64,000 bases of DNA. Source: Callorhinchus milii. Lineage: Eukaryota. Position 1 is the first letter of the stretch; every line of letters begins with the position of its first letter. Where the stretch lies: assembly GCF_018977255.1 (NCBI RefSeq), contig NW_024704742.1:47494001-47558000 (forward strand). The letters run 5' to 3'. The notes beneath the pieces are model-generated. The model worked only from the letters and a program-made list of their open reading frames with translations. It did not search any database and was not told where the DNA came from. Positions 11,344 to 42,020 of the stretch are shown here, piece by piece. The position numbers and the translations under genes are program-made.

Positions 11344-13737
11344 TTATACCATTGTTGTTTCCTCAGATGATAATTCCAAGTTTATTTTTAATGTTGCTCG
11401 TAGATTAGCCCAGAATAGTCCATGTTTGTTTCTGTCTTTTGGCCATTCAATGTATGTTTTTCTTCCCATAAGTGATTTCAGTTTATGATATTTTGATGGA
11501 ATTAGATACTGAGGGATTGGTTCCAACAGAATTAATATCAACTTGTCAGACTTTTCACTTAATACTTGATGCTGTGCAAAGTACAGCTCATAATGACACC
11601 ACTCACTCTGAATGAAATGGGGGGATACAACAAATATAGATTTGTAACTCTTCTCTATGCATCTGATTATGTTTTCAATAATACTCCTGCCTGGAATGAA
11701 ATGCCTTTCATGAAGACAGATGCGCAATGGACATCCTCCTTCTTCCAGGTTGGGAATCAACTCCTCCTTCACCCAGCAGGAATCATGTTGACTGTAGGAA
11801 ACAAATGCATGAAAGACCAATCCTTCAGTTGGCTGACGGCCATCCTTCTTCATGGCTCTCTGTTTGGTCTGTGTCCATTGCCAGACCATCCTCAAATACC
11901 AAGGGAGGTCCAGGAAGTGACACATCACTCCAGTTACAACTGTTAGCACAGTTACGCTGCACAGCACAATTACCAATAACAGAGCTGTATTACAGTTTAC
12001 CTCAGATAAATGGAAATTCTTTAATAAAGTTCCTTTAAGATTTACTGGGGAGGCACATTGATAGGACTCTGGCCACCCGATCAACTGGAGAGTGGTGAGC
12101 TCCTGCTGAATCCTGCTGAACTCTCGCAGACCACAAGTGCATGTAAATGGATTGTGGGCAACATTTAGCACGTTCAGCTTTGAACAGCTTTTAACCAAAC
12201 TGCTGGAAACTTCATGAAGTAAATTTACATCAACAAACAGAATCTCCAGATTTACAAAGCTGCTACACTCAGGCAGAGTTACCAATTTGTTGCCTCCAAG
12301 GTACAATTCCTTCAAAGCTTCAAGTTTATTCAGATTGTTGGGAACACTAGATATCCGGTTATTATTCATATCGAGGATTTCTATACTACTGGGTAAGCAG
12401 CTGAAGACTGAATTTGTAAGTTTGTTTAAGGATAGGTTAAGTTTTACCAAACTCTCGGTCCATTGGCAGTTTGGATTCTCACCCAATGTAAGTTGGTTTT
12501 GACTAACATCCAGGTACTTAAGTATTGTCATAGTAACAGTCATGCTACTAATTTTCAGGAAGCTATCCAATTTACATTCACTTAAAATAAGAGTTTCCAG
12601 GAAATTCCAGTCTTGACAGTCTTGGAAAAAGAAATCTCGAGAAAATACGTTTCCAGAAAGGTCCATAAATTTATATTTGTTTCCGCTATTTGGGCAAGTC
12701 ATGAATATGAGGTTTGCTTGAGAAATTGTTATGTTTTCAACAGTTAGGCTAGCAAAAACATCATACAGATCATTTTGATCGAAATAATGGTCCATGATTA
12801 TTACATGTTTTAGAGAAAATGCTTGTAAAAATGATTCACAATAAGTGTTCACCTTGATCGGATTAACTTCCAATATAGTCAAATAAAATATACTGATATC
12901 TTTCATTGTAGAACACCAAATGATATTTACTATTTCTATTAAACTTTTCCAATTTAGTTTCATTTCTTGAAAGACCAATTTACTCACTTTTGAAGTAATA
13001 ATAGCCTCAGTAAAAGCATTTAAATAATGGCTGCAATCTTTTTCACATGCAATGTTTGATAGCTTTAAAGTCTCAGGGAAACTGAATGCATCGGTCAGCA
13101 TACTTTTCAGCAAATTTGTATCATTGGTTGTCGGTAAACTAATGTCAAGTTTTGTTGTTTTCAAAAGTTGTAAGGTACCACGTTCATACTTTGACAACCT
13201 TTCCAATCCTATGGAAACATTGTACAACTGTTTGTTGGAGATTTCTTTCAGATCAGTTTTCCACAACTTGATTTCTTTATTACTGCCCAAAAGTAAATAT
13301 TTCAGAGAGTTCAGAGAGCCAAATGCTTTCCCAAGTGTCAAGGTAAGAAAACTATTAGAAGAAATATCTAAATATTTGAGCGACCCAAGTCCTTGTAAAA
13401 AGTAACCTGAGGTGTTGGAGAGTTCATTCCTGGAAAGATCTAAACACTCCAATTCTTTATTGATGCTGAAAACATCCTCCATCAAATCCTTGATCAGATT
13501 GGACGACAAATTCAAACTCTTTAGCAAGGGAAGAGAGGCAAAGTCTGTGATCTGAATCTCAGTGATCTTGTTTTGTGATAAATCCAGCAGCTTTACATGA
13601 CTTGCTAAACGTTCTGGGACAGTGGTCAAAGACCTGAAGGAATTGTTTATAATAGTACCTTTTTCAGCAGTAAAACACAAACTGCAGCAGGTTTTACAAG
13701 TTACAATCCAGATGACAAAGAAGAGAATATTAGCCAT
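11344..13737 (-). CDS. TLR1: Toll-like receptor, TLR1 subfamily (TLR1/6/10-like), 797 aa, single coding exon
   Basis: Intact ORF. Likely start ATG at 13737 in a strong Kozak context (GCCATGG), followed by a signal peptide. LRRs, LRRCT (NPFTCTC...WPESYQCASP), TM plus DLPWYLRM, and TIR domain (FHAFVSYS; ICLHERHFIPG; SEWCHYELYFA; FWANLR). Adjacent to FAM114A1 as in other vertebrates. The track's ORF start at 13863 runs into the intron. Confidence 0.93.
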   Translation of the reverse strand: MANILFFVIWIVTCKTCCSLCFTAEKGTIINNSFRSLTTVPERLASHVKLLDLSQNKITEIQITDFASLPLLKSLNLSSNLIKDLMEDVFSINKELECLDLSRNELSNTSGYFLQGLGSLKYLDISSNSFLTLTLGKAFGSLNSLKYLLLGSNKEIKLWKTDLKEISNKQLYNVSIGLERLSKYERGTLQLLKTTKLDISLPTTNDTNLLKSMLTDAFSFPETLKLSNIACEKDCSHYLNAFTEAIITSKVSKLVFQEMKLNWKSLIEIVNIIWCSTMKDISIFYLTILEVNPIKVNTYCESFLQAFSLKHVIIMDHYFDQNDLYDVFASLTVENITISQANLIFMTCPNSGNKYKFMDLSGNVFSRDFFFQDCQDWNFLETLILSECKLDSFLKISSMTVTMTILKYLDVSQNQLTLGENPNCQWTESLVKLNLSLNKLTNSVFSCLPSSIEILDMNNNRISSVPNNLNKLEALKELYLGGNKLVTLPECSSFVNLEILFVDVNLLHEVSSSLVKSCSKLNVLNVAHNPFTCTCGLREFSRIQQELTTLQLIGWPESYQCASPVNLKGTLLKNFHLSEVNCNTALLLVIVLCSVTVLTVVTGVMCHFLDLPWYLRMVWQWTQTKQRAMKKDGRQPTEGLVFHAFVSYSQHDSCWVKEELIPNLEEGGCPLRICLHERHFIPGRSIIENIIRCIEKSYKSIFVVSPHFIQSEWCHYELYFAQHQVLSEKSDKLILILLEPIPQYLIPSKYHKLKSLMGRKTYIEWPKDRNKHGLFWANLRATLKINLELSSEETTMV

Positions 13738-13835
13738 GGCAGTTTGTTTTCTTGTAGTTATTGTCTCCTGCCCTTCTCCAGCTGACGTATATTTCACTTG
13801 TTTCCTCAGGCTATTTTGTTCAAATAATTGAAAAA

Positions 13836-13860
13836 ACTGAAACAAAAGAAAAATATAAAT
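13836..13860 (-). other. Splice acceptor of the TLR1 coding exon
   Basis: Minus strand TTTTTCTTTTGTTTCAG|, exon starts at 13836, 99 nt before the ATG; implies upstream non-coding exon(s). Confidence 0.7.
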
Positions 13861-15269
13861 CATTATTATTGTATCTTTAGAACAATATACAGATTATCCT
13901 AATTATTTAATATATTTCATGAAATAACGTTTGTGAAAACTCACAATGACAACAATAGAATGAAAGATGTAGTGTAAAAGTAGACATTGATTGTCTAAAT
14001 TTATTATTCAAAACTTAAATGACAAGTTGATTAAATGTTGAAATTGCTGAAAGTGAATATTTTTTAAAAAGTCACTACAAATCCTACAATAGTTCACTTA
14101 TTAATCAACACTTACTGTCCCAACATTTTCCTGTTCAGGAGGTCCTATGCCACTATTTGAAAAGACAAGGGAGTTTCTCCTGGTGTCCTGGCCAACACTC
14201 TCCCAAATAAAAAAAAAGCTCATTCAGGTTTTAAGCTGTTTATCGGACATTGCTCGGCGCAAATTGACTGTTGCGTTCACCTATAAAATGCATAGTCCCC
14301 ACACCTTACAATGAATCCTGTGAAATCCTTTGAGATGTTCTCCCAACTTGAAAGGTGATATATAAAATTGAAGGATTATTATTATTAATAAATCACTGTG
14401 CACTATTCAGGGCTACTGTGCGGAGCTATTGGTAATCTGGTGATGCAATAAGCAATATAAAGTCATCATAGCCTTTTAGAATTGCCCAGATTCTAATTTA
14501 ATGTATGTTCCTTGGGGCAGCAATTACACTGTACTCCAGCATTGAGTAGCTCCATCCCCTTGCATGCTCACAAAATGCCACAAGCTTGTTGATAAGAGTA
14601 GCTAGGCTGTGAAAGGGACCCTTTCATTACCAGCCTTGGATCTGCTCCACTTCTCCTGACTTGCTGGCATTTCCTATTGTAGGTTATTGCCATCCTCCAC
14701 CCCCTTTGATATAAAGAGACAGTAACTTCATATTAGAATTTATAATGTTCATTCAGTATTGGAAACAAAACATTTCTGAGGTATTGTATATTGAAGTGTA
14801 GAGTATTTACATGTTTTTAAATCAGATCTGATTGGTTCTTTAATATCAGACCAAACATTTTTAATACAACTTTTTCAATAAACGCATGATTATACTGTAT
14901 ATTTTTTCAATGTAATAGTGATTATCTAGCAGCTGTAAATATAAACATAATCAGATTTTTTTCACGCACAGCTCTCCGGACTAGGCTCCATGATCCTATC
15001 ACCCTGTCCTCACTCGGCTCCATTGGCTCCTGATCCCCCAACCCATCGAGTTCAAGATCCTCACCCTCACCTTTAAAACCCTTCTCACTCAACCTTACCT
15101 CTGCAACCTCCTTCAACCCTACCAGACCCAGCCACTTCCTCTGCTAGCACTAGCCTGTTTCATATCCCCTCAACCCTATCCTCCGCTACATCATCGGAGC
15201 GGGCTTTTGGTTTTCTACCCCTGCTCTCTGGAACTCCAACCGGGAGTTCCTCCGACTCTCTCCCTCCCA

Positions 15270-15480
15270 CTCTCTTGCCAACCTGCGCCTAATACTTTCC
15301 AGAATTAGGTAAGCAGGATGTGTCCCTCCAGGGAGAGAGTGCGCATTCCATTCCAACAACCTATCTCTGGGATTTCCATGTGTAGGTGGGATGCATGGAA
15401 ATCTCAGTTTGGTTTCGATACTCTTAAGCACGGTGACGGGTTTCTGCAAGTGTCAGACACCCGGCTGGCCCGTAAAAGAT
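15270..15480 (+). mobile_element. Partial copy of an unclassified structured interspersed repeat (also at 47385-47785 and 57760-58200)
   Basis: CTCTTGCCAACCTGCGCCTAATAC...GAATTAGG shared with the other two copies. Confidence 0.7.
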
Positions 15481-16479
15481 CTGAAGGACAGCACCTCAGA
15501 CAATGCAGCGGTTCCACAGCACTGCATCGGAATGTCAGGCAAGGAGATTATGAGCTGAATGTCTTGGGGCTTAAACCTACAAAAACAATAATACAACAAC
15601 TTGCATTTATACAGCGGCCTTCACACAGGGTAGCTTCTCAGAGTGCTACAGCCTTTTAATAGCCTTCTAACTCATAAGTGAAAGTGCCACCAACTGAGAC
15701 AAACGGAAAAGAAAATCGATCAAGTCTTTGAACTGACACTAAATACTGAAAAAAATGTTTTAAGGGATTTGCTTCACCATTCTAAAACCATTACATTTTG
15801 TTTAAACGGGAATAAGTTTTATTAGAAATAATGATGCAATACTTTACCAGAAAAGTTGTATATTCAGGAACAGCTTGGCAGGAATTCAGAATTTACCAGT
15901 ATATCCTTCCAAAGAAATAGCATGAGGTACACCAAATTTGCTCAGATAGTTTACAGATATCTTATAGATTACAAACTCATTCACGAACACTTTCCATTTT
16001 GCTTCACACACTAAAGGAAGAGGTGCAAACAATGGCGACTGTAAAAGAACTATAAATACTTACTTCCCCTTTTTGTCATCTGCAGCTTGAACATAGAATT
16101 GACATCGACTCTATCATACTTCCTCTCTTCAAGCCCGGAAAAGGGAAACGGGTATAAAACAGCAAAGTATTTGTCCACCTCAGATTGCCAGACCTATTAG
16201 GGCTTTTGACCAAGCAGTTAATCACATATCTACACATCCAACTCTGCCCCATCTGAGAGACAGTTTAGTCCTGGGAATACCTTGCTTCCTTACCGCACAA
16301 GATTTCTTCGACACGGTTCTCATAATTTGTATATATCCAGGGCTGATTGACTAATAAACCAACTCACCCATATTTTACAATGCACAGTACAAACAACCCT
16401 CAAAAGAGATTGAGTTTAGGGACCCCGGATCCCTTAACTTGGCCCTGGGTACATCAACCACATTAGGTCACATCAAGGC

Positions 16480-16870
16480 TCAACTACAGGAACTCCCTCT
16501 TCATCGGCCTTCCCAACTCGTCCCTTCACAAGCTGCAGATCATCCACAACTCTGCAGCTCGTGTACTCTTGCGCACCAGGCTCCACGGCCCCCATCACTC
16601 CCACCCTCGCCCGACTCCACTGGCTCCATTCAGCGGCCTCCAGTCTGCTCCATGTCTCCCGCCCGATCATCGGTGGCCGGGCTTTCAACCTCTCTGCCCC
16701 CACACTCTGGAACTCCATCCCACGGTCCCTTCGCCTCGCTTCCTCCCTCGCCTCCTTTGGTCTCCCTCCCACCTCTCCGCCTTCCCCCAACCCTCCCCCA
16801 CGCTCGAGTCCTGACCCCTGACCGTCCAGCGCTTTGGGACGTCCTCCCGACCTGAAAGGCGCTCTGTAAA
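16480..16870 (+). mobile_element. L2 LINE 3' fragment with internal deletions
   Basis: ITPTLARLHWL...[18 protein letters not shown]; tail GCGCTTTGGGACGTCCTCCCGAC. Confidence 0.85.
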
Positions 16871-16969
16871 AATGTCACTTTATAACCCTTGCATTTGAAA
16901 GAGCGCTTTTCACGTCGGGAGGACGTCCCAAAGCGCTTCGCAGAACACACTGTGAAGTGACTGTATATT

Positions 16970-17345
16970 TGTGGGCGAACGCGCGGCCAACAGCAACTTT
17001 GTGTTGTTGTTGCTGTTGGAGGTGAAAGAGATGAAGTTGAGACATCGCGCCCTCTGTTCAAATCTCCCGCCCCGTCCGCGGGGCGCGGCGCTGATTGGTG
17101 GACGTCGCGGAGGAGGCGGAGGGAGGAGGGGGAGGAGTCCGCCTATTTCCGGTGGGGCAGCGCTTGTCCCTGTGCGCGCGCGCGCGCGCGTGGGGTGGGT
17201 GGGGGGGATGGGTCTGGTCTGTCGACGTGGCGGAGTGGAAGTGCGGGGGGCGGGGCCTGGGGGGGAGCGCGAGGACAGCACAGCACAGCACAGTGGGGCT
17301 GACAGGTGAGTCTCGAGAGTCGGGTTTAAAACCTAACGGCCTTGG
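16970..17345 (+). promoter_or_regulatory. FAM114A1: CpG-island promoter and non-coding exon 1 of FAM114A1
   Basis: High GC and CpG density; GC boxes (CCCGCCCC about 17066, GGGGCGGGG about 17247), reverse CCAAT (CTGATTGG 17091), Ets-like TTCCGG; strong donor CAG|GTGAGT at 17305/17306. Confidence 0.75.
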
Positions 17346-17360
17346 CCTGGGCTCGAGCTC

Positions 17361-18358
17361 ACAGCCCCCCCCCCCCCCCCGCGGCCACAGCCACAGCCCC
17401 CCCCCCCCCCCCCGCGGCCACAGCCACAGCCCCCCCCCCCCCCCCCCCCCCGGCCACAGCCCGCCCCCCAGCCCTGCCCCTGCCCTGCCCTGCCCCCCCC
17501 CCAGCCCTGCCCTGCCTCCCCTGCCCCGCCCTGTCCTGCCCCCCCCAGCCCTGCCCTGCCCCCCCGCCCTGCCTCCCCTGCCCTGTCCTGTCCCCCCTGC
17601 CCTGTCCTGTCCTGCCCCCCCTGTCCTGCCCCCCTGTCCTGCCCCCCCTGCCCTGTCCTGCCCCCCTGCCCTGTCCTGCCCTGCCCTGTCCTGCCCCCCC
17701 TGCCCTGTCCTGCCCCCCTGCCCTGTCCTGCCCCCCTGCCCTGTCCTGCCTGCCCTGTCCTGCCCCCCTGCCCTGTCCTGCCCCCCCTGCCCTGTCCTGC
17801 CCCCCCTGCCCTGTCCTGCCCCCCTGCCCTGTCCTGCCCCCCCTGCCCTGTCCTGCCCCCCCTGCCCTGTCCTGCCCCCCCTGCCCTGTCCTGCCCCCCG
17901 CCCCCCCCCCTGCCCTGTCCTGCCCCCCCTGCCCTGTCCTGCCCGTCCTGCCCTGTCCTGCCCCCCCTGCCCTGTCCTGCCTGCCCTGTCCTGCCCCCCT
18001 GCCCTGTCCTGCCCTGTCCTGCCCCCCTGTCCTGCCCCCCCTGTCCTTTCCTGCCCCCCTGCCCTGCCCTGTCCTGCCCCCCCTGCCCTGTCCTGCCCCC
18101 CCTGCCCTGTCCTGCCCCCCTGCCCTGTCCTGCCCCCCCGCCCTGTCCTGCCTGCCCTGCCCTGCCCTGTCCTGCCACCCCCTGCCCTGCCCCCCCTGCC
18201 CTGTCCTGCCCTGTCCTGCCCCCCCTGCCCTGTCCTGCCTGCCCTGTCCTGCCCCCCTGCCCTGCCCTGTCCTGCCCCCCTGCCCTGTCCTGCCTGCCCT
18301 GTCCTGCCCCCCTGCCCTGCCCTGCCCCCCTGCCCTGTCCTGCCCCCCCTGCCCTGCT
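17361..18358. repeat. About 1 kb C-rich minisatellite (CCCTG/TCCTG/CCCCCCTG units)
   Basis: Directly visible; the minus strand reads GGGCAGGACAGGGCAGGGGGG repeatedly. Confidence 0.97.
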
Positions 18359-20179
18359 CCGGCACCAGCTTCTCGCCGACTTCGCGTGATTTATTCGAAG
18401 GTTTTTGCGGCTGTTTTGTGGCTCTCACCCCCCACCCCCCTTCCCCCCCAAAAAATATAACCCCTCACCAATTGCTCTCTTGTTTCGTCCTTCCCGTCAA
18501 AAGTTTCACGACTGCCGTTATATTATTATTACGAGTTCACAGCCGAGGTCGCTGCCCCGAGCGAGTGTCTGGACCCCGATGATGGTGATAAGGACAACAA
18601 CAATGGCGACAACAATAATAATAATAATAAGAATAATAATCCTTGTATTCGGTACAGAGCCTCATCACCGGGTCCAGACGTCTCAAAAGCGCTTCGCGGG
18701 TTAGTTACGTTGTAAAGTGCAGTGACCTCCGTGTGTTTTGCGGGTGAAATCTATTCCGAGCCTCAGCCTCCGTTTATATAGCGGCTTTATATCGGCCTTT
18801 CTTTCAAGAGAGGGCGTCTCAAGGGACTTCCGCGGGGATTGATTCACCCCTTATTATTACTTTATCGCTTGATCTTTGAGGCTTTTGAAATAATAATAAT
18901 AATTAATGATAATAATAATCCTCGCCTTTGATATTGCGCTTTTTCACGTCCTCTCGACGTCTCAAAGCGCTTCACGGAATAGACTGTAAAGTGAATTGGC
19001 CGTATATTTTCTGGGCGAGTACTGTCGTTCAAGATACCACGGAGAATGATCAGTGCTCTCGGCCGCTATCCTGCGTGGAGGGGTTTGGCTGTATTGAGTG
19101 TTGGGATCATTCAGCGGCAACTGAAGAATTGGCACACGGCCGAGAAGATACTATCAAATCAAATCCTGTGCACGCATCAAATGCACAGAACCGTTAAACC
19201 AGTGGATAGTGAGGTGGGAACCGATTGATGGGGACAGATCTGGAAATGAGTGCTAATGTTTAAATGGACTGATACTGGTCAGTTGCCTGAGAACTGAACA
19301 GAGGTAGAAATACACAAAAACAGCCCATACATTTCCAACCAACTTGTGCCTGTGTTTGTACTCCACACGAGCCTCCCTCCCTCTCTGTACTGCTCAATTC
19401 GCTTTGCTCTCGTAATTCCAATCCTCTAACCCCTCCGTTCCCTTTTTTGGGCAAAGTACCAGCGGGCAGGCAGCTTGTGTCATCTAAATGTACCACAGTT
19501 TGAGAAAATAATTCAATACACCTTCAAGGACAGACCAGACGGGGAGGGAAAAAATTGATTGGTGAAAAGGTCATTTTTAAAGCATCACAATGGCATCCAA
19601 AAATTGCTCCACCACTGCAAAGGCAGAAGTATCCGTGACATAAATGTTCTTTCTCCAGAGAATATCCTGTACATCAAGCAGGGTTGCAAGAACTCAGACC
19701 TGAGATCTTGCCAGAGCCAACCAAATAGCATACACGAGATTCGCGGAGATGATGTTTATATCTCTGGAGTTTTTATCAGTTGCCACGTAGGGGTTATAAC
19801 ATTCAGCCTTTTTTTAACCACTACTGCGGTTAGCACTTGGCAATGTTTTGACATGACGCGGTGCTGTACCAACTACAAATTATTGTACATTATTGTGATT
19901 TCCTTTGCCAAATGGTTAATCAAAAGCTAGTTTGCATATGTGAGCATGATAAATGGAGGACTTTGATGCACTCTATTTTTTAAATGTACATTTATATTTA
20001 AGAAATGTCAAATGCCACGACTTGAACAGACTTGAAGAGCTGAATGGCCTCCTCTGGTTTTCCTCTAATTGTTCAGACCAAAAGCAAGATAAAATAAAGA
20101 TGCGTTTTGATTAAAAATAATGGGTATAAGTTATGAAGCATTCTGTGACTAAACATTTGTTTGATAGGTATGATTGGCA

Positions 20180-40034
<19,855 letters not shown>

Positions 40035-40579
40035 ACTCTGGGGAATATGGGGACCATTTTTGTATTCCAAACACTAGAATTTGAATTTCAGATGGCCTTA
40101 GTTGAATAGACAGCAGCCTGATTCTTCACAGGATTGCCACAAAATTATAGAAAAGTCACTACAAGTATTTTGGGGATTGAAATGCCAGTCATCTTCACTA
40201 TAAAAATAGCCTTTTCATAAAAACTGGTGTATTTGTTGTACCCCATAACATTTACATTGACACTAAAAGTATGATAGTGATTTACAGTATATAAAATATT
40301 TTGGTTCTAAATATACTGTCTGAAGCTGAGAACTTGGAACAATTTGTAGCTATTTAAATCATTACTGAATATTAGTTTCCAATTGCATGGCACAAAAACT
40401 GCACTTTGTAATCTTTCAGTTTGCTTTATTTCTAACTATTTAATCAAAATGGAAGTGAAAAGCATTAGTTAAGCTTGATCCCTAACACTGTATTGGTTAC
40501 TTCACCAATTATTGCTTTTGTTTTTACTTTGTAAGGTAACATTTGACCCTGTTTGATTACCGAGTGTCATTTATTACTA

Positions 40580-41177
40580 CAGTGGAAGCCGGACACATCG
40601 GGGCCGACTATTTTGTCCGGCTTAAGTTACATCTGAGAGAAACCAAACTTCCATTAACTCTTCCTGCCCAGTAGAGGAGCAGCAGCACCTCCTCCCTCCC
40701 ATCACCATTTCCACTGGATAGAAAATTAATTGGATCAATTAGCAGTGGCTCCGATGTGATTGACAGCCATGGAGCCACATGTGAATGGATGGGCTCCAGC
40801 CATTCACAAGCGGCTCCAACGGTCAGTCAACCACGATTTGACTCCTCACATTCTCTCTTTTTCCCCAGTTCCTCTGCCCCCTCCCTGATTGACAGCCCAA
40901 CTCTAGCTGCTCATGAATAGCTGGAGTCCACTGTCAATCAATTGCAATTTGATTCCTCCCATCTCCCTCCTGGAGCCACTCGTGACACCGAAGGCCCGAA
41001 TGAGTACATTCAGTAGTGATCAGCGCAGCATTTTGACCGGAATAACTGGATTGTTTATGCCGAATTAACCAGCATATTTAAAACGGGTAAGAGTACAAAT
41101 GAATCAGGTCCGGGCATTTTGTCGAATTTGTACGACGTCTGAGGTTAACCGGCGCCCAGCTTAAGCAGCTTCCACTG
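40580..41177. mobile_element. Non-autonomous Tc1/mariner-superfamily (Tigger-like) element downstream of the FAM114A1 stop codon
   Basis: TA|CAGTGGAAGC ... GCTTCCACTG|TA: exact 10-bp TIR, TA target duplication, subterminal GCTTAAG/CCGG repeats. Confidence 0.8.
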
Positions 41178-41504
41178 TATAAAGTTGAAAGTAACTCAGC
41201 CCCATGCTTTATAGTAGGGGATTGTGAAAGTTATCTGTAGTGAAGTATTTATAATTTTATCACAATTGGAAATGGGCTTTAAAATGTACAGAATTGGTAA
41301 AATTTACACAGAACCGAGGTGGACCAACACTGAAGTATGGATTCCTTTGGTGGATCCCTTTGATCTGATTGGTTAGGTGTAGTTTTTCTATGCGATATAC
41401 ACCTATTTATTTTTAACTAATGTGTGCAAAATTAATGGTTACTATTACATGTTTAAACTGCTTTAAGCCTTGCTAACATTTTTTGCATTCCAAAAGTAGA
41501 ATGT

Positions 41505-41860
41505 GTGTCAGTCAGGCTCAGTTGGTAGTTGTCTCTCCGCTAATTCAGAAGGCTGTGGGTTCAAGACCCATATTGGGACTTTGAACTGGTATAGTCTAGG
41601 CTGACACTCCAATGAAATGCTGGGAGTGCACTGCATTGTTAGAGTTGCTGTCCTTCGGATGAGGCATTAAATGAAGGTCCAGAATGCCTTTTCAGGTTAA
41701 AGATTTGTGGCATTATTCGAAGAGAAAGGAATTTCTACCAGTGCCTTGGCCAAAAATCCTCCAAATAAATCATTCGATGCATGACTGCGTTTTACAAAAA
41801 CTCCTGAAAAGCACTTTGAGACGTCTTCCTGACATGAAAGGTGCTATATCAAATAAGTGT
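41505..41860 (+). mobile_element. Deu-SINE (SacSINE1-like)
   Basis: GGCTCAGTTGGTAG...GGGTTCAAG head; GCTGACACTCCA; tail GAAAGGTGCTATATCAAAT. Confidence 0.75.
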
Positions 41861-42014
41861 TGGACTTTAACATGGCATTCAAAAAATATTCTCTGCAATT
41901 TGTACTTAAAAAATTAAGAACACATTAAAAGACGAATTAATTACTGATACTTATTAAATTGCTATTTAATATAGTATTGATAAAAAGCAAAAACTGCTTG
42001 GAAATTATTCATCA

Positions 42015-42020
42015 AATAAA
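42015..42020 (+). terminator. Candidate FAM114A1 polyadenylation signal
   Basis: AATAAA followed by GT/T-rich sequence, about 2 kb after the stop codon. Confidence 0.45.

Noticed and set aside
11566..13831. Plus-strand ORFs overlapping TLR1
   Set aside because: Antisense shadows of the TLR coding sequence with no independent coding signal.
13738..13863. N-terminal 42 aa of the 839-aa ORF in the track
   Set aside because: Crosses a splice acceptor at 13836-13838; the ATG at 13737 has the Kozak context and is followed by the signal peptide.
17058..18582. Long ORFs (281-495 aa) rich in Pro/Cys or Gly/Arg/Gln on both strands
   Set aside because: By-products of a stop-free minisatellite in intron 1; open in several frames with no domain content.
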